Assembly (NCBI GenBank): GCA_963845775.1
Contig: CAWJTE010000002.1
Location: 81,808-145,807, forward strand
Origin: an uncultured Alphaproteobacteria bacterium
Lineage (GTDB): Bacteria > Pseudomonadota > Alphaproteobacteria > Rhizobiales > Xanthobacteraceae
DNA: 64,000 bases
Direction of reading: 5' to 3'
The notes under the pieces are model-generated. The model did not search any database. It had not been told where the DNA came from and saw nothing but the letters and a program-made list of their open reading frames with translations. The position numbers and the translations under genes are program-made. Shown here in pieces: positions 54,525-63,414 of the stretch. Position 1 is the first letter of the stretch. Every line of letters begins with the position of its first letter.

Positions 54525-55615
54525 ACGATGCCCACCAACGCATTCAGCTCGCCGTCACCGCCTTTGGCCGCGGCGAACTGGTTATCGTTGCCGACGACGA
54601 TGATCGCGAGAATGAGGGCGATTTATTCGTTGCCGCCTCGCTGTGCACGCCGGAGAAGATGGCGTTTATCATCCGGCATACGTCCGGCATCGTCTGCGCG
54701 CCGCTGGCGCAGGACGAAGCGCGGCGGCTGCATCTCGATCCGATGGTGGCGCGCAATGACGCGCCGCTCGGTACCGCTTTCACGGTCTCCGTCGATGTCC
54801 GTCACGGACTGACCACGGGCATATCCGCCGAGGAGCGGACCAACACCGTCCGCGCGCTCGCCAACGGCAATATGGGTGCGGCCGATTTCGTGCGGCCCGG
54901 GCACGTGTTTCCGCTGGTGGCCAAGGAGGGCGGCGTGCTCATGCGTTCAGGCCACACCGAAGCATGTATCGACCTGTGTCGGTTGGCCGGGTTGCCTCCC
55001 GTCGGCGTGCTCGCCGAAATGATGAACGATGACGGAACGGTAATGCGCGGACCGCAGATCGCCGAATTCGCCGTGCGTCACAAACTCCAGCGCATCTCGA
55101 TTGCCGATTTGATCGCCTATCGGCAGGCGCGGGACAAACTGATCGACCGTGTCGGTGAATTTCCGGTGGAGTCCGAGATCGGGACGCTGACCGGCTACGC
55201 TTTTCAAACACCGTTCGATCCGTTCTATCACATGGCGTTCGTGCACGGCCGCATCGGCGATGGCCGCAACGTGCTGACGCGGCTGCATCGCGCCAACCTG
55301 ATCACTGACGTGTTCGGCGGCGCCAAGGCGATCCATCGCACGCTTGAACGTTTCAAGGCCGAGGGCAGGGGCGTACTGGTCGTGCTGCGTGACGGCGCCG
55401 CCGGCGTACCGGTGATCGCCATTCCGAAGCCGGACGAAACAGCTTCCGGCGAGGCGCGCAGCCGCCAATGGCGCGAGGTCGGTCTCGGTGCTCAGATCCT
55501 CAAGGATCTCGGCATCAGTTCAATCCGGGTGCTGAGTTTTTCGCAGCATCTGACCTATGTCGGCCTGTCCGGCTTTGGCATTGAGATCGTGGGAACCGAG
55601 CCGGTCGATGTGTGA
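54521..55615 (+). CDS. ribB: DHBP synthase fused to a degenerate GTP-cyclohydrolase-II-like domain (ribBX type)
   Basis: The N-domain has [40 protein letters not shown]. The C-domain lacks the RibA zinc ligands, reading [14 protein letters not shown] where RibA has HSECLTGD. Confidence 0.85.
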   Translation: MNDAHQRIQLAVTAFGRGELVIVADDDDRENEGDLFVAASLCTPEKMAFIIRHTSGIVCAPLAQDEARRLHLDPMVARNDAPLGTAFTVSVDVRHGLTTGISAEERTNTVRALANGNMGAADFVRPGHVFPLVAKEGGVLMRSGHTEACIDLCRLAGLPPVGVLAEMMNDDGTVMRGPQIAEFAVRHKLQRISIADLIAYRQARDKLIDRVGEFPVESEIGTLTGYAFQTPFDPFYHMAFVHGRIGDGRNVLTRLHRANLITDVFGGAKAIHRTLERFKAEGRGVLVVLRDGAAGVPVIAIPKPDETASGEARSRQWREVGLGAQILKDLGISSIRVLSFSQHLTYVGLSGFGIEIVGTEPVDV

Positions 55616-55631
55616 GTAGAGAGGGGCGCAG

Positions 55632-56231
55632 ATGAGCAATCGAATTTCACGTATCTGGACGTTCGCGGCCGTCGTCGGGCTCGGGCTTGCCATGGCGGGC
55701 TGCGGCTACAACACCATTCCCACCCTCCAGGAGCAGGCCAAGGCGCGCTGGGCGGACGTGCAGAACCAGTACCAGCGGCGCGCCGATCTCATTCCCAATT
55801 TGGTCGCGACCGTGCAGGGCTTCGCGGCGCAAGAGAAAAATGTGCTGACCGCGGTGGTAGAAGCCCGCGCCAAGGCGACACAGATCAGGGTGGACGCTTC
55901 GCAACTCACCGATCCAGACAAGCTGAAAGCCTTCCAGGATGCGCAGAACCAGTTGACCGGCGCGCTCGGCCGGCTGCTCGCGGTATCGGAGAATTATCCG
56001 GACCTCAAATCCAACGCTAATTTCCTGGCGCTGCAGTCGCAGCTCGAAGGCACCGAAAACCGCATCGCGGTGGCGCGGCGCGACTATATCGACGCGGTAC
56101 GTGCCTACAACACGGCATTGCGCACTTTCCCCACGGTGATCTGGGCCAAAACCGCCTTCGCGAGCGAGAAGCCGATGGCGGAATTCACCGCGAGCGAGGG
56201 AACCGACAAGCCTCCGCAGGTGAAGTTCTAA
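55632..56231 (+). CDS. LemA-family protein
   Basis: N-terminal lipoprotein/TM segment, then WADVQNQYQRRADLIPNLV...VVEARAKA. Confidence 0.88.
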   Translation: MSNRISRIWTFAAVVGLGLAMAGCGYNTIPTLQEQAKARWADVQNQYQRRADLIPNLVATVQGFAAQEKNVLTAVVEARAKATQIRVDASQLTDPDKLKAFQDAQNQLTGALGRLLAVSENYPDLKSNANFLALQSQLEGTENRIAVARRDYIDAVRAYNTALRTFPTVIWAKTAFASEKPMAEFTASEGTDKPPQVKF

Positions 56232-56241
56232 GAGACGTGCG

Positions 56242-57015
56242 GTGAAAAAGCTCGTGCCCGCCGCCGCTGCAACGCTCGTCGTCCTGTTTGCGTTTTTCGC
56301 TTTCGCCTACTACTTCCCGGCATTGACTGGCCGCGTCGTCGACGGTGCCGGCATCATGACGTCGGCGAGCCGGAGCGATGTCGAAACCAAGCTCAAGAAC
56401 CTGGAAGACAAATCCGGTATTCAGCTTGTCGTTGCTACCGTCAAGTCGCTGCAGGGAGGCGACATCGAAACCTTCGCCAACGGCTTGTTCCGTTTTTGGA
56501 ACCTCGGCGAGGCCAAGAAAAACAACGGCGTGCTGCTTCTCATTGCTCCCGCGGAGCACAAAGTGCGGATCGAGGTCGGTTACGGGCTCGAAGGCACGCT
56601 GACCGACGCGCTGTCGTCGGTGATTATCGCCGGCGCGATCGTTCCGCGCTTCAAGGCCGGCGACTATTCGGGCGGTATCGTGCGCGGCGTTGACGGCATC
56701 ATCAGCGTGCTTAGCGGTGACGCCGCCGACTGGCATCAGAAGGTCAATGTGCGTTCCGAAGATGCCTCGGCCGATCTCGACAAGCTGTTTCCGTTGCTGC
56801 TTCTGGCTCTCTTGCTATTGGTGATTTGGTACTTGATCCACCAAGCGAACGGGCCGGGGTCGGGTCGCCGCGGAGGTGGGGTGGGCCCGATCGTATGGGG
56901 GACCGGCTGGGGCGGCGGCTTCGGCGGAGGCTTCTCCAGTGGCGGTGGCTTCGGCGACGGCTTTTCCGGCGGCGGTGGCTCGTCGGGCGGCGGCGGAGCG
57001 TCCGGAGGCTGGTGA
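56242..57015 (+). CDS. TPM-domain protein (YgcG-like) with a C-terminal TM segment and Gly-rich tail
   Basis: GRVVDGAGIMTSASRSDVETKLKNLEDKSGIQLVVATV...VGYGLEG, with the tail GGGFGGGFSSGGGFGDGFSGGGGSSGGGGASGGW. Confidence 0.85.
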   Translation: MKKLVPAAAATLVVLFAFFAFAYYFPALTGRVVDGAGIMTSASRSDVETKLKNLEDKSGIQLVVATVKSLQGGDIETFANGLFRFWNLGEAKKNNGVLLLIAPAEHKVRIEVGYGLEGTLTDALSSVIIAGAIVPRFKAGDYSGGIVRGVDGIISVLSGDAADWHQKVNVRSEDASADLDKLFPLLLLALLLLVIWYLIHQANGPGSGRRGGGVGPIVWGTGWGGGFGGGFSSGGGFGDGFSGGGGSSGGGGASGGW

Positions 57016-57623
57016 TGCACCTTAGCACGGAAGATCACGAGGCGGTTTCAGCTGCTATTCACGAGGCGGAAAAGCGCACCAGCGGCCAAATTGTTTGCGT
57101 CCTCGCGCGCGCCTCTGCGGACTACGCGCACGTTCCAATTTTATGGGCAAGCGCGCTCGCATTGCTGGTGCCGTGGCCGCTGATCGTGCTCACGCCATGG
57201 AGCGTGCAGCGGATTTTCCTGATCCAGCTCGTCGTGTTCATTATCGCGGCGCTGTCGTTTTTCCTCACTCCATTGCGGCTCGCGCTTGTTCCGCGTGGGG
57301 TGCGGCGTGGACATGCCCATCGCGTGGCGCTCGAGCAATTCGTCGTCCGCCGGGTCGCCCACACCAAGAGTCGGAGTGGCGTGCTTATCTTTGTTTCGCT
57401 GGCGGAGCGCTATGCCCGCATCATCGCCGACGACGGAATTGCGGCGAAAGTGAACAACTCGGAGTGGCAGAACGCGATCGACGCGCTCACCAGCCATATG
57501 CGCGATGGCCGTATCGCTGACGGTTTTGTCGCTGCGATTGAGTGCTGTGGTGCGGTGCTTGCGAACCACGCGCCGGGCGACGGCTCGGGCGACGCTCTGC
57601 CAAACCGCCTCTACGTCGTGTGA
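57015..57623 (+). CDS. TPM-domain (DUF477-like) membrane protein
   Basis: MHLSTEDHEAVSAAIHEAEKRTSGQIVCVLA... The ATG overlaps the previous stop (GTGATG). Confidence 0.78.
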   Translation: MHLSTEDHEAVSAAIHEAEKRTSGQIVCVLARASADYAHVPILWASALALLVPWPLIVLTPWSVQRIFLIQLVVFIIAALSFFLTPLRLALVPRGVRRGHAHRVALEQFVVRRVAHTKSRSGVLIFVSLAERYARIIADDGIAAKVNNSEWQNAIDALTSHMRDGRIADGFVAAIECCGAVLANHAPGDGSGDALPNRLYVV

Positions 57624-57769
57624 TAGAGCCAAGACGTTGCGGACTGTCTTTTACGCATGCCGCGCATGCATCAGGCCGGCACCCGCTCGCGTGCATGTTA
57701 CTCACGTGACGCGGTGAATTCGCTACCACAAGTTTGAGGTGAGGTGAATGGAACGGCAGGAGATTTCCA

Positions 57770-58513
57770 ATGTCCAATGAATATTCAATCGATCGCCGGC
57801 GGCGGGTGTTTCTTGGCGCCGGCGGCGCGCTCATGTTGAGCGCTGCCTTTTGGCCGGCCGGCGTGCGTGCGCAAGGCGCCAAGATACATATCGGCGTTAT
57901 CGGCTCCGGCCACATCGGCAGCACGATCGGCGGTCTCTGGGTGAAGAATGGTCACAAGGTTTTGTTCTCCTCGCGTCATCCCGAGGAGCTCAAGGACATG
58001 GTTGCCGGTCTCGGCGAATTGGCGCAGGCCGGCACGGTCGAGCAGGCGATCGCCTTCGGCGACGCGCTGCTCATCGCCGTTCCGTACAAGGCGCTGCCGG
58101 AACTGGGAAAGGAGTATGGCGCGGCGCTCAAGGGTAAGATCGTCCTTGACGCCTGCAACGCCACGCCGGCGCGCGACGGCGCTGAGTTGGCGGACGAAGT
58201 CAAAAATGACGGCATCGGAACGACCTCGCAGAAATATCTGCCGGGGACGCGTCTCGTTCGCGCCTTCAACTCCATGAACTATATGATCTTCGCCAAGGAG
58301 GCGAACCGGCCCGACCCCAAGCTCGCGATCCCGATTGCCGGCGACGATGCGCAGGCGTTGCAGATCGGCGCGGGTCTTGTGCACGATGCCGGTTTCGATC
58401 CGGTGGTGGTCGGCAAGCTCGCCGACGCGAGCCGATTTCAGATGGGGGCTCCCGGGTTCGGTCAGAGCGTGACGGCGGCTGAGCTCAAGCAGAGGCTCAA
58501 TCTCGCCCCATGA
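57770..58513 (+). CDS. NADP-binding Rossmann oxidoreductase (F420_oxidored/NADPH-dependent reductase-like) with a twin-arginine signal peptide
   Basis: Tat motif DRRRRVFLGAGGALMLSAAFWPAGVRA-QG, followed immediately by KIHIGVIGSGHIGSTIGG (GxGxxG). Confidence 0.8.
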   Translation: MSNEYSIDRRRRVFLGAGGALMLSAAFWPAGVRAQGAKIHIGVIGSGHIGSTIGGLWVKNGHKVLFSSRHPEELKDMVAGLGELAQAGTVEQAIAFGDALLIAVPYKALPELGKEYGAALKGKIVLDACNATPARDGAELADEVKNDGIGTTSQKYLPGTRLVRAFNSMNYMIFAKEANRPDPKLAIPIAGDDAQALQIGAGLVHDAGFDPVVVGKLADASRFQMGAPGFGQSVTAAELKQRLNLAP

Positions 58514-59814
58514 ACGCTTTGCAGCGTTGGCTCGGCTGGGCGATGCCGGCGACGCCGCAGGAGCGCGCCGCCGCGCTGTGGTCGTTCGGCTATTTTTTCG
58601 CGTTGCTCGCCGGCTACTACGTCTTGCGTCCGCTGCGTGACCAGATGGGCATCGCCGGCGGCGTGCGCAATCTGCCGTGGTTGTTTACCGCTACCTTCGT
58701 CACGCTCATTGTCGCGCAGCCATTATACGGCGCGCTGGTGGCGAAACTGCCGCGCGCTCGCTTCATCCCGATTGTCTATCACTTCTTTGTCGCCAATCTG
58801 GCCTTGTTCTGGCTGTTCCTGACGCTCGGCGTCGCGCCGGTCATTGTCGCGCGTTTATTTTTCGTGTGGGTGAGTGTGTTCAGCCTGTTCGCGGTTGCGG
58901 TGTTTTGGTCGTTGATGGCGGATTTGTTCACCGCCGAGCAGGGCAAGCGACTGTTCGGTTTCATCGGCGCGGGCGGCACCGCAGGCGGCTTACTCGGACC
59001 GCTGATCACCATCGGATTGTCGGTGCCGCTGGGCGCCGTCAATCTTTTGATTGCGGCTGCGGTGCTGCTGGAAATCGCGGTGTTCTGCGTGCATCGGCTC
59101 GAGCGCGCCGCCGTCGCACAAGCGTCTGTTCCGGAACGACGCGCCGAACCGCGCCGTATTGGCGGCTCGGCCTTCGCGGCGCTCCCTGAACTGATCCGCT
59201 CGCCTTATCTGCTCGGCGTCGGCGCCTGGGTCAGCCTGCTCTCGTTCTGCGCGACCATCGTCTATTTCGAGCAGGCCAACGTCATCTCGGCACTGATCCA
59301 TGATCGCGACACGCAAACGCGCATCTTCGCCGGCATCGATCTGACGGTGAACATTCTGAGTCTGGCCACTCAGCTCTTCCTCACCGGCCACCTGCTTAAG
59401 CATTTCGGCACCGGCGTCGCCGCCGGAGCGCTGCCCGCTGTCTATATCGTCGGGTTTGCCGCTTTATTCCTGGCGCCGACACTTGGCGTCGTGATCGCGC
59501 TTCAAGTTGTGCAGCGCTGGATGAATTTTGCCGTCGCCAATCCGGCGCGGCAAGTATTCTTCACTGTGCTTGACCGCGAAGAAAAATACAAAGCCAAGAA
59601 TCTGATCGACGTTGTGATCTATCGCGGCTCAGACGCCTTGTATGGCTGGGTGTTCGACAGTCTACAAGCGCTTGGTCTAAAACTTGGCGCCATTGCCCTG
59701 GTGGCGTTGCCGGTCGCGGCTGGCTGGCTTGTGCTATCGGCGCTGCTGGGCCGCGCCCAGGAAGCGCGCGCGGGATCGATCGACAAAATCGCTCTGCAAG
59801 GAGAACGAGCATGA
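58510..59814 (+). CDS. 12-TM transporter resembling the TLC / ATP:ADP antiporter (NTP/NDP exchange) family
   Basis: FGYFFALLAGYYVLRPLRDQMG... and FFVWVSVFSLFAVAVFWSLMADLFTAEQGKRLFGFIGAGGTAGGLLGP resemble the Rickettsia/Chlamydia Tlc/Npt patterns (NY-x-LR-x-KD; FW-x-FAN...AKRFY...G). The ATGA overlaps the upstream stop. Confidence 0.6.
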   Translation: MNALQRWLGWAMPATPQERAAALWSFGYFFALLAGYYVLRPLRDQMGIAGGVRNLPWLFTATFVTLIVAQPLYGALVAKLPRARFIPIVYHFFVANLALFWLFLTLGVAPVIVARLFFVWVSVFSLFAVAVFWSLMADLFTAEQGKRLFGFIGAGGTAGGLLGPLITIGLSVPLGAVNLLIAAAVLLEIAVFCVHRLERAAVAQASVPERRAEPRRIGGSAFAALPELIRSPYLLGVGAWVSLLSFCATIVYFEQANVISALIHDRDTQTRIFAGIDLTVNILSLATQLFLTGHLLKHFGTGVAAGALPAVYIVGFAALFLAPTLGVVIALQVVQRWMNFAVANPARQVFFTVLDREEKYKAKNLIDVVIYRGSDALYGWVFDSLQALGLKLGAIALVALPVAAGWLVLSALLGRAQEARAGSIDKIALQGERA

Positions 59815-60713
59815 CCATCCGCATGACGCGACGCGAATTGGCGCTGGCAGCCGGCGCGGCCGGCTCGGCGATGCTGGTCTGGCCGACCTTGGCTCAATCT
59901 CCGGCGTTGCTAACACGCGCCATTCCGAGCAGCGGCGAAAAACTGCCGGCGGTTGGGCTCGGCACCGCGCAAGTCTTCAATACCAACGACGACGCAATCC
60001 GCCAGAAGGCAGCCGCCGTGTTACAGGCGCTGATAGCTGGCGGCGGAACCCTGGTCGATACCGCGTCGGTCTACGGCGACGCCGAGGCGGTGATTGGCGA
60101 CGTAATGACGTCCGCTAATCTTCGCGGCAAACTGTTCATCGCCACCAAGCTTGAGTCACCCGATCCGGCCGAGCTCAAACGCTCGCTGACCCGCCTACAA
60201 ACGCAAAAGCTTGACCTACTGCAGTTTCACAACGTGCGTGACACGCAAGCGTCGCTTGGCCAATTCAAGGACTGGAAAGCCCAGGGCGTTTGCCGCTATA
60301 TCGGCGTCACCTCGACGCGCCACGCCGATTTTCCCGCCATCGAAGTGGTGCTCGGGCGGGAGAAGCCGGATTTCGTGCAGATCGATTATTCGCTGGACGA
60401 CCGCGAGGCCGAAAAACGCATTTTGCCGCTTGCCGCCGAAGTCAAAGCCGGTGTGCTCACCGCGCTGCCGTTCGGTCGTGCCCGGCTGTTCCGTGCCGTC
60501 CAAGGCAAGGAACTCCCCAAATGGGCGCGCGGCTTCGCCGAGAGCTGGGGGCAATTCTTTCTCAAATATCTTTTGTCCGATCCGCGCGTAACAGCGGTTA
60601 TTCCCGGCACCGCCGATCCGGCGCACATGACCGACAATGCCGGCGCCATGCACGGGCCATTGCCCGATCCCGATCAGCGCAAGCAAATGGTGGCGTTCGC
60701 CGACGCGCTGTAG
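59811..60713 (+). CDS. Aldo/keto reductase with a twin-arginine signal peptide
   Basis: MTRRELALAAGAAGSAMLVWPTLA-QS. The AKR tetrad context is VDTASVYG (D, Y), IATK (K) and LQFHN (H). The ATGA overlaps the upstream stop. Confidence 0.82.
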   Translation: MTIRMTRRELALAAGAAGSAMLVWPTLAQSPALLTRAIPSSGEKLPAVGLGTAQVFNTNDDAIRQKAAAVLQALIAGGGTLVDTASVYGDAEAVIGDVMTSANLRGKLFIATKLESPDPAELKRSLTRLQTQKLDLLQFHNVRDTQASLGQFKDWKAQGVCRYIGVTSTRHADFPAIEVVLGREKPDFVQIDYSLDDREAEKRILPLAAEVKAGVLTALPFGRARLFRAVQGKELPKWARGFAESWGQFFLKYLLSDPRVTAVIPGTADPAHMTDNAGAMHGPLPDPDQRKQMVAFADAL

Positions 60714-60748
60714 TCTATGTGCGGGCCATTCAGCCCAAGAGATCGGCG

Positions 60749-61671
60749 ATGCCCACGCTTACGTCCAGCTCGCGGCAAATAAGCTACGTGCTCGACGGTC
60801 CGGCCCACGGACCGACGTTTGTGCTGGTCAATGGGCTGACCCAATACATCAAGATTTGGGAGCCGTTTCGCGAAGCCCTGGCGGGTAGGGGATTCCGCGT
60901 CGCCACGTTCGACCTGCTCGGGCAAGGCAACTCCGACAAGCCGAGCCTGTTCATCGGACAGGACGACCAGGTGACGGTTCTGTCCGATCTGATCGACGAA
61001 CTCGGAGATCATCCGGTATTCCTCGCCGGCATCAGTTTTGGCGCGGTGATCGCGTTGCGCTACGCCATTGCTCATTCCGACCGTATCGCGGGGCTCGTGC
61101 CGATGAGCGCATTTGCCGAGCTGACACCGCAACTTTCGATGCTTGGCGGCGCGCTCCGCACCGGGTTGATCCTCGGCGGTACGACCTATCTTCAGGACTT
61201 GCTGTTTCCGATGAATCTCTCAGACGAGTACATCACCGAGCGGTTCGACAAGCTGGAGGATGCCAAACGCAAGGCTTGGCTGATCAACGACCTCTATGCG
61301 CTGCAAAACCTGATGGAGTCGTTCTCGATTTTAAGCCGCTGACGCCGCAATTGTCGTCGATCAGCGTGCCGACCATGATCATGAACGGCGAGTTCGATTT
61401 TTTCACGCCGCGCAAGTTGCACGAGTTGCTGCGCACGCACATCCCGGACAGTGCGCTGATAATCGTTCAGCGGGTCTATCACGCCTTCACGTTGGAGAGG
61501 CCGGCGCTTTCCGCCGACCTGTTGGCGCGGTTCGCCGAGGACGTTTTGGCCGGCCGCTGGCGCGGCGACAAAAAAGTCTGGATCGCGCCCGAGAAGCCGG
61601 GCGGGGCGCTCATTCCCTTTCCCGCCACCTACGATCATTTGCGCGCGCTGCCGTTACGACCGGAGGCTTAG
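60749..61671 (+). pseudogene. Alpha/beta hydrolase (paralog 1), frameshifted as assembled
   Basis: MPTLTSSSRQISYVLDGPAHGPTFVLVNGLTQ...GISFGAVIAL...LQNLMESF reads in one frame. LDFKPLTPQLSSISVPTMIMNGEFDFF...AFTLE...GRWRGDKKVWIAPEKPGGALIPFP reads in the next. One C is missing at about 61324-61325 (TTC-[C]TC-GAT). It is collinear with the intact paralog downstream. Confidence 0.82.
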
Positions 61672-61774
61672 ACTGGTGTTAACCCCCTTGATTGACGTGC
61701 TCTCCGGTCCTCTATAGCCAGTGGCTAAATTCAGGTTAGTCTCTGCAGGGAAGCCCCCGGGGAGAGAACGGCGA

Positions 61775-62737
61775 ATGCCTTGGCTGGACTGCAATTCTCG
61801 ACGGATCCATTACGAGTTGGCGGGTCCGCCGAACGGCCCCGCCTACGTGCTCGTCAACGGTCTCACGCAATATGTGAGGCTTTGGCAACCTTTTCGCGAT
61901 GCCCTGGTAGCGAAGGGCTTTCAGGTCGTCAGCTACGACATGCTGGGCCAAGGCCAGTCCGACAAACCGTCGCTATTCATTCACCAGGATGACCAGGTGG
62001 AGGTGCTCGGCCGCTTGATCGGAACGTTGGGCGACCGGCCGATCTTTGTCGCCGGCATCAGCTTCGGCGGCGTCGTTGCGCTCCGCTACGCCATCGATCA
62101 CGGCGACAAGATCACCGGGCTGGTGCCGATGAGCAGCTTCGCCGAGATTCCAGCTCAGTTGTTCATGCTTGGCAACGCGCTGCGCACCGGGTTGATCCTC
62201 GGCGGCACGTCGTTCCTGCAGGATCTCCTGTTTCCGATGAATTTCTCGAGCGACTGGCTCGATTCGATGCGGCATCTCATCGACCTCGCCCGCCATCGCG
62301 GCTGGTTGGCTAACGACGTCTATGCGCTGCAAAACCTCATGGAGTTGTTTCTGGAGTTTGAGCCGTTGACTGACCAACTATCGGCCATCCGCGCGCCGAC
62401 CATGATTTTGACCGGCGAGTACGATTTCTTGACACCCCGGCCGCTCCAGGAATTGTTACGCGCGCACATTCCCGACAGCGCGCTGGTCATCATTCCGCGT
62501 GCCTATCATGCTTTCACGCTGGAGAAGCCGGGACTGACCGCCTACTTGGCGACGCGCTTTGCCGAAGAGGTGATGGCGGGCCGCTGGCGGGGCAAAGGAT
62601 CGATCTGGGTCGGGCCGGAAAATGTCGGCGACGAACTTACTCCTTTTCCCGAAGGCTTCGATCATATGCGTGCGATCCCGGTACGAACCCCAACGCCCGA
62701 ACTGGCGCCGCAGCAGAAAAAGGCGGCCGCGTCATGA
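61775..62737 (+). CDS. Alpha/beta hydrolase (paralog 2, intact)
   Basis: GISFGGVVAL (GxSxG), ...YDFLTP..., and AYHAFTLEKP (His). The conserved C-terminal tail is GRWRGKGSIWVGPENVGDELTPFPEGFDHMRAIPVR. GGAGAG lies upstream of the ATG at 61775. Confidence 0.85.
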   Translation: MPWLDCNSRRIHYELAGPPNGPAYVLVNGLTQYVRLWQPFRDALVAKGFQVVSYDMLGQGQSDKPSLFIHQDDQVEVLGRLIGTLGDRPIFVAGISFGGVVALRYAIDHGDKITGLVPMSSFAEIPAQLFMLGNALRTGLILGGTSFLQDLLFPMNFSSDWLDSMRHLIDLARHRGWLANDVYALQNLMELFLEFEPLTDQLSAIRAPTMILTGEYDFLTPRPLQELLRAHIPDSALVIIPRAYHAFTLEKPGLTAYLATRFAEEVMAGRWRGKGSIWVGPENVGDELTPFPEGFDHMRAIPVRTPTPELAPQQKKAAAS

Positions 62738-63414
62738 AGCCGTTTCTCGGTCCGCTCGAACACGGCCGGATACCGGCGCTGCAGCAGACTCGGGTATCGG
62801 CGTTTCTCATCTCGGCGCATGGAGCTTTGACGCGGCAGCTTGGCGTGGCGATACCGGCGAGCCTGCACCACGGCTGGCAAGTGGAACTGCACTCCCAGTA
62901 TTGCCGCGAGATGGAAATACTCTCGCTGCTGGGACGCGCGACGTCGTGGGTTCCCGATCCGGCACTCGGCTTTCAGATATGGCGGTGGGAATTGGCCTGG
63001 CTCCCCCACCCCGTCGCCGGTGTGGAAGATCGAACCCAAGGCGTGTTGATCGATCTGGCGGCCTTCGGCCACGCGTTGCATACGGTGATCCGTCCGGCTG
63101 CCCTGTTGCCGGAAGGCTTTCCGGACGAGGATCCGTTCGCGCTGGCGATGCGGCGTATCGAATTCGAAAGCGGCCGGTTGATGCAGGCGCAGATTTTATT
63201 TCTCAAAGGCCCGCAGCTCGCTCCCGTTCGCGACGCGGTCGCTTCCGCGGTGGAGTCGCGCCATTCGCAGGTTCGCGAATTTTGGCAAAATCTGCTTCAC
63301 TCCATGGAAATCGATTCCAGCGGCCGACATACCCTGATTTCCGCATACCAGGCGCGCGTACAGCCCGTTCCAGCAGTCGCGGCGCAGCCAAGCGTGGCGA
63401 TCAGAGAACCATGA
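62734..63414 (+). CDS. Hypothetical protein (226 aa), no domain recognised
   Basis: Both ends are ATGA-coupled, to the hydrolase stop at 62734-62737 and to the acyl-CoA dehydrogenase start at 63411-63414. The composition is not shadow-like. Confidence 0.55.
   Translation: MKPFLGPLEHGRIPALQQTRVSAFLISAHGALTRQLGVAIPASLHHGWQVELHSQYCREMEILSLLGRATSWVPDPALGFQIWRWELAWLPHPVAGVEDRTQGVLIDLAAFGHALHTVIRPAALLPEGFPDEDPFALAMRRIEFESGRLMQAQILFLKGPQLAPVRDAVASAVESRHSQVREFWQNLLHSMEIDSSGRHTLISAYQARVQPVPAVAAQPSVAIREP

Noticed and set aside
54400-54530. FMN riboswitch ahead of ribB
   Set aside because: ribB overlaps the aroC stop codon, so there is no leader in which a riboswitch could sit.
60290-60748. 153-codon upstream extension of the first alpha/beta-hydrolase ORF
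   Set aside because: It lies out of frame over the aldo/keto reductase gene and is Arg-rich. The paralog alignment places the start at the ATG at 60749.
62622-63410. Upstream 263 codons of ORF 62622..63842
   Set aside because: This is an open shadow frame across the hydrolase and orphan genes. The acyl-CoA dehydrogenase sequence begins only at the ATG at 63411.
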